From IMG/VR virus record IMGVR_UViG_3300006056_000001, positions 32,001 to 96,000 of that record: DNA of 64,000 nt. The stretch is one strand, 5' to 3'. Shown here one piece after another: positions 1-10,835 of the stretch. The first letter of the stretch is position 1; every line of letters begins with the position of its first letter. The DNA is from a virus. Taxonomy: Duplodnaviria > Caudoviricetes. The position numbers and the translations under genes are program-made. The notes beneath the pieces are model-generated. The model saw only the letters and a list, made by a program, of their open reading frames with translations. It was not told the DNA's origin and did not search any database.

Positions 1-145
1 CTTGTAACCTGCTTATTTCTAAGCAATTCGTTTCGACAAGAGCCTTAGCTATAGACCCGTCAGAAAAGTAAGTAACAGGTGTATTTTTAGACAGGTATTT
101 TAACCCATCTTGTACCATGTCAAAAAAAGATTTCTTAGTGACCAT
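1..145 (-). CDS. Baseplate J-like wedge protein, N-terminal part (runs off the window edge)
   Basis: Manual translation from ATG at 145 (TAATG-coupled to the upstream gene): MVTKKSFFDMVQDGLKYLSKNTPVTYFSDGSIAKALVE. The T-x-F-x-x-G-S-I-A-K-x-L-x-E pattern and position after a gp25-like gene fit baseplate J. Confidence 0.6.
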   Translation of the reverse strand, partial: MVTKKSFFDMVQDGLKYLSKNTPVTYFSDGSIAKALVETNCLEISRLQ

Positions 146-588
146 TAGTCTATTTCCAAAGGTTTGACAAAAGAACCTTCTATAAAGGGAAAGGTAAACA
201 CTACTCTTTCACCATATAGATTTTTAATTACCCCATCTATTAGATAAGACCCGCCTATTTCTACTAGGCAGAGAACTTCATTTATGTCAAAAGGTACAAC
301 TGTAGCATTTACATCTATAGGATTAAATATTTTATTCTTAAGAGTATTATCTACAATAGACTCCATATAACCTCTAACAGACGGTGTATTAGTAGATCCA
401 ATAAAACTACCTAGATTACATCCCACAGATTTATCTGGAGCATAATCACCAAAATCAGTTCTTAATAAGAATATAGTTGCGGACTTGGTAGTCTCTAAAG
501 GATTTGCTAATTTTAGATCCCCTTTGCTGTCTAATACTATATCTCCATTAATATCCGTTTTTATGTCACTATTATAGTAAATACTCAT
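145..588 (-). CDS. gp25/GpW-like baseplate wedge protein
   Basis: 147 aa; GDIVLDSKGDL start and LRTDFGDY...VGCNLGSFIG motif typical of gp25-like proteins; located in the baseplate cluster. Confidence 0.7.
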   Translation of the reverse strand: MSIYYNSDIKTDINGDIVLDSKGDLKLANPLETTKSATIFLLRTDFGDYAPDKSVGCNLGSFIGSTNTPSVRGYMESIVDNTLKNKIFNPIDVNATVVPFDINEVLCLVEIGGSYLIDGVIKNLYGERVVFTFPFIEGSFVKPLEID

Positions 589-1247
589 GATATACTCCTA
601 AAGATTTCTTCTTCAATATTTTGATTATCTACTATAATCAATGCCATATCAACATCTTGTTTGCTCTCAGTAGTTTCTGAATCGGTTTTTATATTTTTGT
701 CCAGTAGTTTAAGTAACGTCACTTGTACTATTTCTAGAATAGCTATTGACATTAAATTTTGATTTGATAGAGAAGGGAATAATTTTCTGACCCAAGGCTT
801 AGTAGGAGAATAGTTAGTACTTGGATTTACAGGAGATAGAGGGTTTAATTCATATCCATCTACTGTATCTATTTTTAGAGTACCAAGAGTAGTGTTCGCC
901 AGGCTAGAGTAAAAATTTGATCCTTGTTGATCTACTGAAAAAGCCATTCGATTAGCTTCATTAGTATTGGAGGCAAATACAAATTTACCTATTCTAGGTA
1001 ATAAGCTTAAGCTTCCTGATCCATAATAGCTAATACCAGGCTCTATAGCAAACTTAGTTGACCTGTTTGGATCTGTAATAGTAGACAAGTGCCATTCAGC
1101 AGATCTATTTATTTGTTCTGTTACAGCAGATAGGCTCTTGGTATTGTCTATTTCAAAGCTTATTTTTGACTCAATCTCAGAAACAGATTGTGTTCCTGGT
1201 TGAGTTCCTCCGATAGCTGTAGGATCTTTAGGATCTGGGTATGTCAT
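585..1247 (-). CDS. Hypothetical baseplate-region protein
   Basis: 220-aa ORF coupled to neighbours; position only. Confidence 0.45.
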   Translation of the reverse strand: MTYPDPKDPTAIGGTQPGTQSVSEIESKISFEIDNTKSLSAVTEQINRSAEWHLSTITDPNRSTKFAIEPGISYYGSGSLSLLPRIGKFVFASNTNEANRMAFSVDQQGSNFYSSLANTTLGTLKIDTVDGYELNPLSPVNPSTNYSPTKPWVRKLFPSLSNQNLMSIAILEIVQVTLLKLLDKNIKTDSETTESKQDVDMALIIVDNQNIEEEIFRSIS

Positions 1248-1249
1248 TT

Positions 1250-1759
1250 TTATTCTCTCAGTGTTTTGTTTCTTTGTATACTGTTGTTTGTAGTAAGAAT
1301 ATAGTTTCCTTCTACAGCTTGGTTTACATCTAAGCTATCAATTATTATATCATATACGGTAGGATCTGGCCCGGCTTCTTCATTATTTGGTATATGTCCA
1401 GATACAGTAACTATTATTACCGACTGTTTTATTACAGAAGTTATCTGTTCTTCTTGATTACTTATATTTCTTACGACTTCTATTTCATCTTCAGAAATTT
1501 TACTACTATCTTCTGGAGTTTGAAGCCTACTTTGTTTAGCTGAATTTACTAACTGTCTGTATTTATTAACAGGTATAACTGCTACTTTTCTAGAAATAGG
1601 GTCTAGTCCTGTCTTATTAATAAAGATACCGCTTGGGATAACTCCTTTTTGATATAAGAAATCTAGTAAAGGTCCATAGATTATTTTACATACTATTCCT
1701 TTACCAAACCTTCTAGAGTCTATTTTTGACTCTAACCTTAATTTTTTATTTAAACTCAT
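1250..1759 (-). CDS. Hypothetical baseplate-region protein
   Basis: 169-aa ORF, ATGA overlap with the 2004-aa gene; position only. Confidence 0.45.
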   Translation of the reverse strand: MSLNKKLRLESKIDSRRFGKGIVCKIIYGPLLDFLYQKGVIPSGIFINKTGLDPISRKVAVIPVNKYRQLVNSAKQSRLQTPEDSSKISEDEIEVVRNISNQEEQITSVIKQSVIIVTVSGHIPNNEEAGPDPTVYDIIIDSLDVNQAVEGNYILTTNNSIQRNKTLRE

Positions 1760-4700
1760 TCGTTACCCCAGAAATCATCTAATATTTTTCTAGCTCCTTC
1801 TTGTAATTTTCTGCTAGAGTAGTATGCACCAAAAGCAGATAGTCCCCAGATAGAGTCCTCAGATTCAAGACCGGCTATGAAAGGAGTACCATTAAATATT
1901 AATGGAGAAAGAATAACAGGTAATTGATCTACGTCATTACTACTTTCTATAAAGGCAGGTATGACTGTAGATTTATAAGACATGTGCGTACCCCACTGTG
2001 CTCCTGCAATTAAAGCTTGATTTACAAAATAAGACTTAGCAGGGCCTCCTATTGTCTTTACAATACTTGTAACTAGCTGCATTGGATTTTTAGAGGCAGT
2101 AATCATTTCAGGTATCTTATTCTTTAATGTATCTTTTGCTACATTTTTATATATGTTCCAAGTTTCATTTATACCTCCTTTTATTCCTCCTTTACCAAAT
2201 CTAGTTAGTAATCCCTTTAAGCCTTGTTTTACAGAAAATTGACCTAGAGCTAAAGGAGCAGCGCCACCTACCGTGGATACTATTAAAGCTAAAGTCAATG
2301 CGTCGCTTACAGCATCAATGGTATTATATACAAACTGATAAGTAGTCTCCATGATAGCAGTATGTAAAATGCCTGCTCCTGGATTTGCATCACACACAGC
2401 TTGAGGAATTATGTTAGTAATCCATCCTTGATCTGAGTTCCAATGGTGTACTAAGCTTTCAACTTCTATTGGCCCGGACATCTTAGTATAGGCGTCTGAT
2501 ATAATAATTCTATCATATGGTTTCATATTCTTACCTATTAAGGTAAGCGTACCTCTATACATTTTCTTAACACCTTCTGCTAAGTGGTGGCATGCTAGCT
2601 TAGCTGCTAGATCAGGATTCTGACAATTAAGCTCTGTAAAGACTTGTATCTTTTTATTTGATAGAGTTAATCCAGGATGAAACTGTAGTCCTATAACTCC
2701 AGTAACCTCATTTCTAGGATAATAAACCCATTCAATACCAGCACCAATTCTACCTTCTCTATAGACCTGTTCTTCAGACTCTACTTGGGATTCTGCTGAA
2801 CCAGGCTTAGGATGTTCTATTACTACTGTATTCCACATTTCTCTTGTAGTAGCTACAATACTATTTTTTATAATACTATGGTCGCTGTCTACAAAGTGAT
2901 GCATTCTAAACACTTTCATATTAGGAGCAAGCTGTTTAGAATTATCTAGTGACTTAACCTTCTTTGAAGCTTCTGTATCATTTAACAAATATTGACTAAA
3001 GAAATAAACAAACCCTTTAAACAAGATTAATGTATCATCTATGCTTTCGTTGTTTATTCTATAAGACACATAATTATTCTTGTCTACTTCTTTAAGTTTA
3101 TTAATAACAAGATCCCACACATATGTAAATATTTTTCTTACATCTTTTTGATTGCGGTTATACTCTTTATATTTCCTTAAGCTTGTTGCATGCTCTGGTA
3201 TTAATTTGATTAATTCATCTAGTATATAATCTAATCTGCTTGGTCTTCTTACGTTGGTTGCATATTCTAGCTTTATATAATCTTTAATAGCTTCTAATTC
3301 TGCTCTCTTAGAAGCATTACTTTTTAGACTACTAAGTCTATTAATTAATTCTAGATTTTTTACTGTAACATCATTACTTAATATTTGATCTACATCTTGT
3401 ACAACACTAGGCCAAAATTGATATATCTTGGAATCTTCTATTCCAAAAAACACACCCGCCAGATTAACAGAAATATTTGAATCTCCTATTGAAGATTTTA
3501 CTCTATCTAAATACACAGCAGGAATACTAGAAGATAATAACTTCTTATATATGTTCTCTGTTAGTATTGATTTACCAAAAACAGAGTCTAATAGTTTTTT
3601 AGAGTCTTGTATATAATTTCTTAATTCTTCATAGGACATGAAAGAATAGAAGTCATTAAATGTTGTTTTTACAAAGTTAGCAATCTCTTCTTCTATTTTA
3701 TTACTACCTGGGGTAGGTGTAAAATTAATAAGTAGTTCTAGATTAGAAGGTCCATAAGACTTGTAAAAAGAAGTACTTTCAAAAGATTTAAGCAAAGAGC
3801 CTATTATTTCTTTTGTGTTGGCTAATTTTTGCTTTTGATTGTCTTTGTATTTTTTATTAGTATATGCGTTTCCTCTTGTATAGAAATAAGGCTGGTCAGG
3901 ATGTCCCATGAAGATGGTAGCTTCTCCATCATAAGGAACTACATCTACAATACAATTCCAAGCATGCCTGCTAGCCTCTTTTAAAACGTCCCAGGCTGGC
4001 TGTAGAGGTACTATCCAACTGTCGTTATGCCATGCAGGCATGACACCAAAGACGCTTCTTAAGCCAAATGGGTTGCTATAAAGAGCAGTATCAGGATACC
4101 ATATATTTTTTAATCTGGTGTCAAATCCTTTATCATCTTTGTCTATGCTTCTTCGTCCAATAGATCTAGCTAACCAATTATTTGCATCTCCTAGTAAAGA
4201 TCTTTCCCCTACGTTTTCTAAGTCTATATTTTGATTGTTTTCTATAGATCTATTAAGTACTTCATCTACCGCTTCTGGATTAAGATTCTTTAGGATATAG
4301 GCGGCGTCATGTTCAGGAAAGAACTCTCCAAAGCCTTCTGGATTAGCATATGTTATAGCTTGAATAGCTAAATCTCTAGCTCCCCAGTTCTTTGGATCGT
4401 CACAGTTAAAGCTTACTTGTCTATTAATTAATTCTGCTTTCCATCCTTGAGCTACAATAGTCAGCTCATCACCAGGAACAATTTCTGTGATTCTTCCCGT
4501 AAAAGTAATAGGAAGATTGTAAGCCATAGAAGAGTAGCCCATCCTTATTTGAATAGCTCTTCCTTGTATAAGCTTATATCTCTTTATATAACTGTCTTTA
4601 TCTGGTCCTCTTAGACTACCTAATACTCTTGTTTCATTTTCTGTTTTGTAAGTGTTTTTGTTTTCAAAGTAAGAGCTTTGTAAATGGTAAAGAGGATCTG

Positions 4701-7700
4701 CTAGTTTTATAACAGCTAATGGAGCATCTTCTTTGTCCATTGTAATGTCTATAGAAAGGATAGAAGATACTGAAAAGATAGAGTCATCTGCAATTAAATC
4801 GTTACCACGCTTGTCAATTAAATATACTTTGACAGCAGGGAACATTCTTTCTGGTCCATAGATGTCATCAGTTATTTGATCTATAGCTGAAGTAATACAC
4901 TTTTGTGTAGAGCTGTCTAAGTGACGATGAAATTCTATTTCTTTGTCTATAGGTGTTTTAAATACAGAGTCTGCATCTAGTCTTGGTAATATATCTGTTG
5001 TAAGTAATTTTGCTTTGCTTATTACTCTATATATCTCTCCACCTAATCCTGGAACAGTTACTTCTCTAGGTATAGAATAGTTTCCTTGGTGGTGTAGATA
5101 AAGCTTAATATTATCTTTACCTCCATAATACTTATCTTCAAACTTACTGGCCAACTTTACATAGTCTTCTCTAAATCCAGAAGGATTGCTTTTACTAAAT
5201 TTCTCTAAAGAATTAGTAATCAATTCAGAAAGAGTACTATCAGCTATTTGATAGCTTTTACTACCAGGAACAGACGTTTTCTTTTCTCTTATAAGTCTTT
5301 TTATGTCTTCTATTTCTTCTGTGTTGAAAGGAATAGACAAAGACATCTGTTCACTTACTTTGTTTGTGCTTTCTACAGATTCTTTTGCTATTTTTCTTAG
5401 TTGATCTTTTGTTCTTGTTTTATAAAACCATGCGGCTGGAGAAACAAGGTCTTCTCTATTTACACAAGGTTTACTTCTGTCTTCTACATATTCTAAACCT
5501 AAATCATCAAAAGAAGGAGCAAACTGTTCCCACTGATCTTCAAATAACTGATAGTAAGTAGGAAGAAGCAGATCAGGATAGAGACCTTGTATGTCTTTAC
5601 TAAAATTAGAGATTTCTTTTCTGTATTCTTGTTCCACGGGTTGCTTCTCTAAACTATATTTTGTTATCAGTTTATAGAAGGCTGTGTAGATTCCGTCTGT
5701 AGAGTATATGTAAGGAAGCTGTATGTCCTTTGGTTTTCTTTCTATAATTACATTAAAAAGTGCATCTTTAAAAGAATTTGAAAACCTAATATTGGATTTA
5801 GATAGTTTATCAAAAATTATACTTGTATAAGTATTACCTATTAGTCCAGAAGTTCTATTTCCTAAATAAGAGCCAGTAATATACTGTGCCATTTCTACAT
5901 AGAATTTTTCTGAATCAGATCCTGTGTACTCAAAACAGTTTTTCACTATATTTAATATTGCATTATATATGTCAAAATACTGTTCTTCTTTTCCAGATAC
6001 ACCACTTATTATACTGAATAAGATAGGTAGATTTTTTAATTGATCTGTAATGTTTATCTTTCTATTAGCTACATACTTGCCTACTGCTAAAGGCTCTTTT
6101 AATAGAGCTTCTTTTATACTATTAGTTGAATCTACTTTTCTATGTATTAGAGCTGCTCGTAGAGTATCTGCATTTAATATACCAAACTTAGAGTCTTTCT
6201 TTATATCAGTTAAGCTTTTTTCTACAGGCCAGAAAGCAATGTAGGCTTGATACAACTCATCATTATTCATAACAGAATCAAGAAGAGCTGACGTACCTCC
6301 TTTAGCACGGAACTGTATTTCTTTATCTGTAATATTGTCATAAAACTTACGTAATTCCTTTAACTCAGTTCCACCTGATATTAAAGTCATTTCAGAAGTT
6401 TCAGCTATTCTTATATTATTTTCTAAGAAGTCTACTTTAACATTTATTACATTTGGTAGATCTGTAGTTTCACTATCAATACTAAGAGGAACAAATATAG
6501 TTTCTCCCGGAGCAACAAGGGGCTTCTTATATGTCGTTGAATATAAAAGCTTTGTTACAGGGCTTTTAATGTTCCATCCATATATTCTATCGAACCTCTC
6601 TAAACTTTTATTTATAACATCAGATGTTTCTTTGAATTTACAGAAGTTTAAGAACTCTCTATTACTAGATTGATTATTAAATACAATGTCAAAAGACAGG
6701 CTCTTTCCTGACACACCCATGTGTGTTGCAAAAGAGTAGATCTTTCCTTGTAGTTTATTAAATGCAAACTTGTGGGCAAAAGAGCAACTTTCTGATAGAA
6801 GTATTCCTTGACTTTGTTTGTTGGTTGTTATATCCAACGTAACTTGTTCTTGTGGGCCGGCTATAGGGTTCCCTACTGTGTCTTTTCCATACCAACTAAT
6901 AGTTGTCTTTTGAAAGTCTTCTTCAGAAAGGAATGGAACTTGAGAGTTATCTAAAACCTGATTAATCCATTTAGTAAGCCAATGTGCTCCTCTTGGATAT
7001 TCTACAGGCTCTCCATTTTCTCCTAAGTAAAATAGACCTTCAGATTCTGATATAGGACTTATATCTATTCTAGATATAGTAAGAGTTGCTTGTAAAGTAT
7101 TAACTAGATCTGGAACATTTTCTATGTCTATTCGTTCTAAGGCAACAGGTACATAATTACTATAGTATTTGTTTTGTTTTAAATCTTGTGGACTTAAAGG
7201 TTCTACCATAGAACCAAAACTATAAGGCAGGGTAGAATCATTAAATCCTTTTAAAACAGGAGCTACATTGTTACTAGACAGGTTTTTATTAAGATTTTGA
7301 ATTAAGTATTCATTGTATGTAGCAAAAGAGTTGTCTAGTAAACTAGTTACAGTTGTGCCTCCTACTGTAGCTGCTTGTACAGCCTTATTTAATTTACTGT
7401 TATCTGCAATAAGTTGCTTTACTTTTTCATAGTTTTCTTTATCATTTAGGACATCTTGGTTTTTCCATGCAGAAGTCAAAAATTCATTCTCTAAAGAAAC
7501 TATAGGACAGCTTTTAAACAAAGCTATTAGTGCTCTTAAGCCACTTTGTCCATCGGAATTAACTCCTGCATTTATCTCTTCTAGCCCTGTGAAGATAAAT
7601 CTTATTTGAGCCCTATGTAAAGAATCTCCAGAGTCTACTACAAAGAAGTTGCTAGACCTAGTAGTCTCTAAAATTTTGACACCCTTTCTTTCTTGAAGTG

Positions 7701-7770
7701 CTATTTTTTGAACAGCATGTGTATACTTTAAGGGGCCTATGTAAAGCTCAGAGCTATTTCTTAAGTTCAT
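1756..7770 (-). CDS. Large virion protein with baseplate hub (gp27/gpD-like) region
   Basis: 2004 aa; GRAIQIRMGYS...FTGRITEIVPGDELTIVAQG and C-terminal YRGTLTLIG..MKPYDRIII..EVESLVHHWN..GWITNI are hub-type patterns; upstream of wedge genes. Confidence 0.6.
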   Translation of the reverse strand: MNLRNSSELYIGPLKYTHAVQKIALQERKGVKILETTRSSNFFVVDSGDSLHRAQIRFIFTGLEEINAGVNSDGQSGLRALIALFKSCPIVSLENEFLTSAWKNQDVLNDKENYEKVKQLIADNSKLNKAVQAATVGGTTVTSLLDNSFATYNEYLIQNLNKNLSSNNVAPVLKGFNDSTLPYSFGSMVEPLSPQDLKQNKYYSNYVPVALERIDIENVPDLVNTLQATLTISRIDISPISESEGLFYLGENGEPVEYPRGAHWLTKWINQVLDNSQVPFLSEEDFQKTTISWYGKDTVGNPIAGPQEQVTLDITTNKQSQGILLSESCSFAHKFAFNKLQGKIYSFATHMGVSGKSLSFDIVFNNQSSNREFLNFCKFKETSDVINKSLERFDRIYGWNIKSPVTKLLYSTTYKKPLVAPGETIFVPLSIDSETTDLPNVINVKVDFLENNIRIAETSEMTLISGGTELKELRKFYDNITDKEIQFRAKGGTSALLDSVMNNDELYQAYIAFWPVEKSLTDIKKDSKFGILNADTLRAALIHRKVDSTNSIKEALLKEPLAVGKYVANRKINITDQLKNLPILFSIISGVSGKEEQYFDIYNAILNIVKNCFEYTGSDSEKFYVEMAQYITGSYLGNRTSGLIGNTYTSIIFDKLSKSNIRFSNSFKDALFNVIIERKPKDIQLPYIYSTDGIYTAFYKLITKYSLEKQPVEQEYRKEISNFSKDIQGLYPDLLLPTYYQLFEDQWEQFAPSFDDLGLEYVEDRSKPCVNREDLVSPAAWFYKTRTKDQLRKIAKESVESTNKVSEQMSLSIPFNTEEIEDIKRLIREKKTSVPGSKSYQIADSTLSELITNSLEKFSKSNPSGFREDYVKLASKFEDKYYGGKDNIKLYLHHQGNYSIPREVTVPGLGGEIYRVISKAKLLTTDILPRLDADSVFKTPIDKEIEFHRHLDSSTQKCITSAIDQITDDIYGPERMFPAVKVYLIDKRGNDLIADDSIFSVSSILSIDITMDKEDAPLAVIKLADPLYHLQSSYFENKNTYKTENETRVLGSLRGPDKDSYIKRYKLIQGRAIQIRMGYSSMAYNLPITFTGRITEIVPGDELTIVAQGWKAELINRQVSFNCDDPKNWGARDLAIQAITYANPEGFGEFFPEHDAAYILKNLNPEAVDEVLNRSIENNQNIDLENVGERSLLGDANNWLARSIGRRSIDKDDKGFDTRLKNIWYPDTALYSNPFGLRSVFGVMPAWHNDSWIVPLQPAWDVLKEASRHAWNCIVDVVPYDGEATIFMGHPDQPYFYTRGNAYTNKKYKDNQKQKLANTKEIIGSLLKSFESTSFYKSYGPSNLELLINFTPTPGSNKIEEEIANFVKTTFNDFYSFMSYEELRNYIQDSKKLLDSVFGKSILTENIYKKLLSSSIPAVYLDRVKSSIGDSNISVNLAGVFFGIEDSKIYQFWPSVVQDVDQILSNDVTVKNLELINRLSSLKSNASKRAELEAIKDYIKLEYATNVRRPSRLDYILDELIKLIPEHATSLRKYKEYNRNQKDVRKIFTYVWDLVINKLKEVDKNNYVSYRINNESIDDTLILFKGFVYFFSQYLLNDTEASKKVKSLDNSKQLAPNMKVFRMHHFVDSDHSIIKNSIVATTREMWNTVVIEHPKPGSAESQVESEEQVYREGRIGAGIEWVYYPRNEVTGVIGLQFHPGLTLSNKKIQVFTELNCQNPDLAAKLACHHLAEGVKKMYRGTLTLIGKNMKPYDRIIISDAYTKMSGPIEVESLVHHWNSDQGWITNIIPQAVCDANPGAGILHTAIMETTYQFVYNTIDAVSDALTLALIVSTVGGAAPLALGQFSVKQGLKGLLTRFGKGGIKGGINETWNIYKNVAKDTLKNKIPEMITASKNPMQLVTSIVKTIGGPAKSYFVNQALIAGAQWGTHMSYKSTVIPAFIESSNDVDQLPVILSPLIFNGTPFIAGLESEDSIWGLSAFGAYYSSRKLQEGARKILDDFWGNE

Positions 7771-10700
7771 TTATTTTTCAACGTCTTAGAGGCTATATCT
7801 TTTTTGATCTTATTTAGATCTTTGTAATTACTTGTCATTAAATTAATGACGTTTTTACTAAACTGTACATTGCGTATGTTTTCTATAATATTTTGCGACC
7901 AGAATTGTTTGTCTAGAGATGGAAGAGATACAAGATCTTGATTAATATTAGCCAGTTGTTTCATTATTCTGACTGTCTCATCTTCTTCTATTTCAGGCTC
8001 TTCTTCATTACTAAAGAAGAACTGATTAGGAGGGAATGACTTATCTCCTTCATTAAAGTCTAAATCAGGTACTTCTGGAGCAGGATTATTAAAGTAAGTT
8101 ACTCCTACATCACTACCGGATATAGAAAGGCTAAAACTATTTATATTAACTATAATTGGAATAACAGTAGAAACTGTTACATCTGCTGCTGTTATACTTT
8201 GTACATGTACTTGGTCTAATCCAAATAAAATATATACAGAAGTAGTATTTCCATTAGAGCCTGCGGAAGAAACAGTAAGTACGTTTACATCTGGTGAAGA
8301 AACAGAAGTTTTAGTACTTAAACTAATAGCAGGAATTATACTACTATTTTCTAGTGCATTTTTTGATATAGTTACTTTATATGTACTCGCAGGTAATATA
8401 CTGTTAGAAACTAATGTAGAAAATTCTACTTGACTAAAATAAGTAGTTATAGGAGGTAATACTGATGTAGAATACAATACTCCTATTGTTGGTTTTATTA
8501 CTACTGTGCTTGGCGGAAGTACAGAAGAACAGGATAGTTGTCCTAAAGCAATTTGTATATTTTTTGATATACTAGGTATTACAGAATTAGATGTAGAAGA
8601 AGAAACAGATATTCTTTCTTTATATGTAGCCGGTGGTATTACAGACGAACTATATATTTCATTTACATCTTTTCTTACTCTTATGGTATGGCTAGGAATT
8701 ACAGAAGTACTTGTAGAAACAGCACCTGTATATATTACGTTACCACTAGTACCTCCACCTGTCGTTTCTGTGAACGACCAATCGGCTAAGGATACGTTTA
8801 GCCATGGACCCTTACTATTTTCATACCATGGAGTAGGTCTATCCCAAAATGTAGATGCTGTTCCATATGCCGTGCTGGTAGCACTTACTGTAGCATCTGT
8901 ACTTAAAGCTGGAGTCGTACTAGAGAAGTATCTGCCAGAACTTGCATGCCCTCCTATTAATAGGCTGCCTGTAAAGTGGTTATATTGTGTGTTTACTTGG
9001 CCTGTATAAGAAGACATAGTGCCTTCTGAAGCACTTAGTAATCCAAATACAGAGTCAAGAATTTCACTGTTTTCTATTAAGTCAGTAGAGCTTACTTCTA
9101 ATCTAGAGATGTAAGAGTCTCTTATTAATATATTTTTTGTTATATTACTAGAGGAGGCATAATAAAATGATCTAGGGCCGTCATTTATTCCTCCGTCATA
9201 ATAATTGACAAATGCAATTCCTGACATGTTGCTTGTAGATCCAAATATACCTTGTGTTTCCCAAGCAGGAAAAACTGCAAAGTTACTTATAATAAAGTTT
9301 TGTACAGGATATGATTCAGTTTGTATGAACTGGAAAATATCTGAGTGAGGTCCCCAAGTGTTATAGTTAGTTGTAGTATTTCCTACTCTTAAGTTACCAT
9401 TAGTAACTGTAGCACTAGCATCACTTTCTGGGGTTAAGTTGTTAGCTGATCCTGTAGTAATAACATCTACCCAAGGTAAACTTCCTGAGTAACCACCACT
9501 GAGAAATCCTACTGCCATATTGTTATTAGTACTAGTAGTAAAGTTTTCTAATCTAATACCAAGAACAGGGCTACCACTAAGGTAGGCTAAAGCAGGTACA
9601 AAGTCTTGTCCCGCGTAACCTGCGTTAGCTTGAATTCGATATCTAGAAGTACCAATATTTTCTATTCTAAAACTACCTTGTGCTTCAAACCTTCCACTAA
9701 CACCTACTTCTTGATAGATGTCAGTAACTAAAATATTGACTAAGGCGCTATTTCTATATTGTGGTTGGAAGACCTGTCCTGCAAATTTGTCTATCCAACA
9801 TCCTCTTACAATATCTCCCCATTGACCGCCACCGAAAGTACATCTTCTAATAGACCCTGAAACAAAGATTCGGTCTATCATGTCTTTTTTATTAGGTATA
9901 TCTACTGATCCAGCTACTGTTTCTATAGATCTAATGTGAAGTCCAGTACCTAGTACTGCTTGATCAAAAGGAGCAGGAGGAGCGCTTATACAGTGATCTA
10001 TCCATATATGCATTTCTCCATATGACCATGGACCTACTTTAAACCCAGGGTTTACAATAGTTATGTCAGAAAATCTAACTCTTGCTTGTCTTAGACCTGG
10101 AGAGTCAGTTCCTTTAAAGTACATCCAGTTATTACTAAGATCTTCATTACTAGCTAAGCTAATTAATTTTACATCATCTCTAGATAAGCCTGCTTTGGGC
10201 AGAACTGTAAGCCAATGATGTCCACTAGTATATAATTCTTGATTTTGTCCGAAATTAGTGCCTGTAACTTTATGTGATCCGGCCGCATTAACATAGATAG
10301 TTGCTCCACCACAATCGTTAGATGTAGATGCAAGCTGAGCAGCTTTCTCAAAGCTTTTAACAGGAAGAGAAGTAGTTAATCCACTATTACTATCACTTCC
10401 TCCATTCCAGTCCCAATAGATAGTTTTTGGACTTGGTCTTCTATCTGTACCGTCTTTATCATTATAAATTCTGACTGTACTTAGTGTTACAGATTCTCCA
10501 CTACCGCCGTAGACCGTAGGTATTACATCTATGTATCCTGCAGCATAACTGGCCATTTCTATCTTAATTCCAAAGCACCAAATAGGTGATGGACCTCCTC
10601 CCCAGCTTCCAGGGAGAGGATCATCATACTCAGAGTCATTTGGATACCACATTGCTCTACTAGTAACACTTGTTGTAGAGCTGCCTCCTCCGTTTGAAGA

Positions 10701-10835
10701 TATAGCAAAATCTACTCTGTCTATGTCACCTAAAGCAATAGGGTGATATGCTTCTACAAGAACATTGTAGAACTCTGAAGAAGAAGTCCTTCTAATTCCT
10801 GTTTGACTTATAACGCTACAAATTGGTAGTGGCAT
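7767..10835 (-). CDS. Virion-associated right-handed beta-helix protein (putative depolymerase/adhesin) with C-terminal S/T/V-rich repeats
   Basis: 1022 aa; IYWDWNGGSDSNSGLTTSLPVKSFEKA is the pectin-lyase-fold cap motif; HSDIFQF; ~20-aa repeats SxSV(I/L)P in the C-terminal third. Confidence 0.6.
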   Translation of the reverse strand: MPLPICSVISQTGIRRTSSSEFYNVLVEAYHPIALGDIDRVDFAISSNGGGSSTTSVTSRAMWYPNDSEYDDPLPGSWGGGPSPIWCFGIKIEMASYAAGYIDVIPTVYGGSGESVTLSTVRIYNDKDGTDRRPSPKTIYWDWNGGSDSNSGLTTSLPVKSFEKAAQLASTSNDCGGATIYVNAAGSHKVTGTNFGQNQELYTSGHHWLTVLPKAGLSRDDVKLISLASNEDLSNNWMYFKGTDSPGLRQARVRFSDITIVNPGFKVGPWSYGEMHIWIDHCISAPPAPFDQAVLGTGLHIRSIETVAGSVDIPNKKDMIDRIFVSGSIRRCTFGGGQWGDIVRGCWIDKFAGQVFQPQYRNSALVNILVTDIYQEVGVSGRFEAQGSFRIENIGTSRYRIQANAGYAGQDFVPALAYLSGSPVLGIRLENFTTSTNNNMAVGFLSGGYSGSLPWVDVITTGSANNLTPESDASATVTNGNLRVGNTTTNYNTWGPHSDIFQFIQTESYPVQNFIISNFAVFPAWETQGIFGSTSNMSGIAFVNYYDGGINDGPRSFYYASSSNITKNILIRDSYISRLEVSSTDLIENSEILDSVFGLLSASEGTMSSYTGQVNTQYNHFTGSLLIGGHASSGRYFSSTTPALSTDATVSATSTAYGTASTFWDRPTPWYENSKGPWLNVSLADWSFTETTGGGTSGNVIYTGAVSTSTSVIPSHTIRVRKDVNEIYSSSVIPPATYKERISVSSSTSNSVIPSISKNIQIALGQLSCSSVLPPSTVVIKPTIGVLYSTSVLPPITTYFSQVEFSTLVSNSILPASTYKVTISKNALENSSIIPAISLSTKTSVSSPDVNVLTVSSAGSNGNTTSVYILFGLDQVHVQSITAADVTVSTVIPIIVNINSFSLSISGSDVGVTYFNNPAPEVPDLDFNEGDKSFPPNQFFFSNEEEPEIEEDETVRIMKQLANINQDLVSLPSLDKQFWSQNIIENIRNVQFSKNVINLMTSNYKDLNKIKKDIASKTLKNK

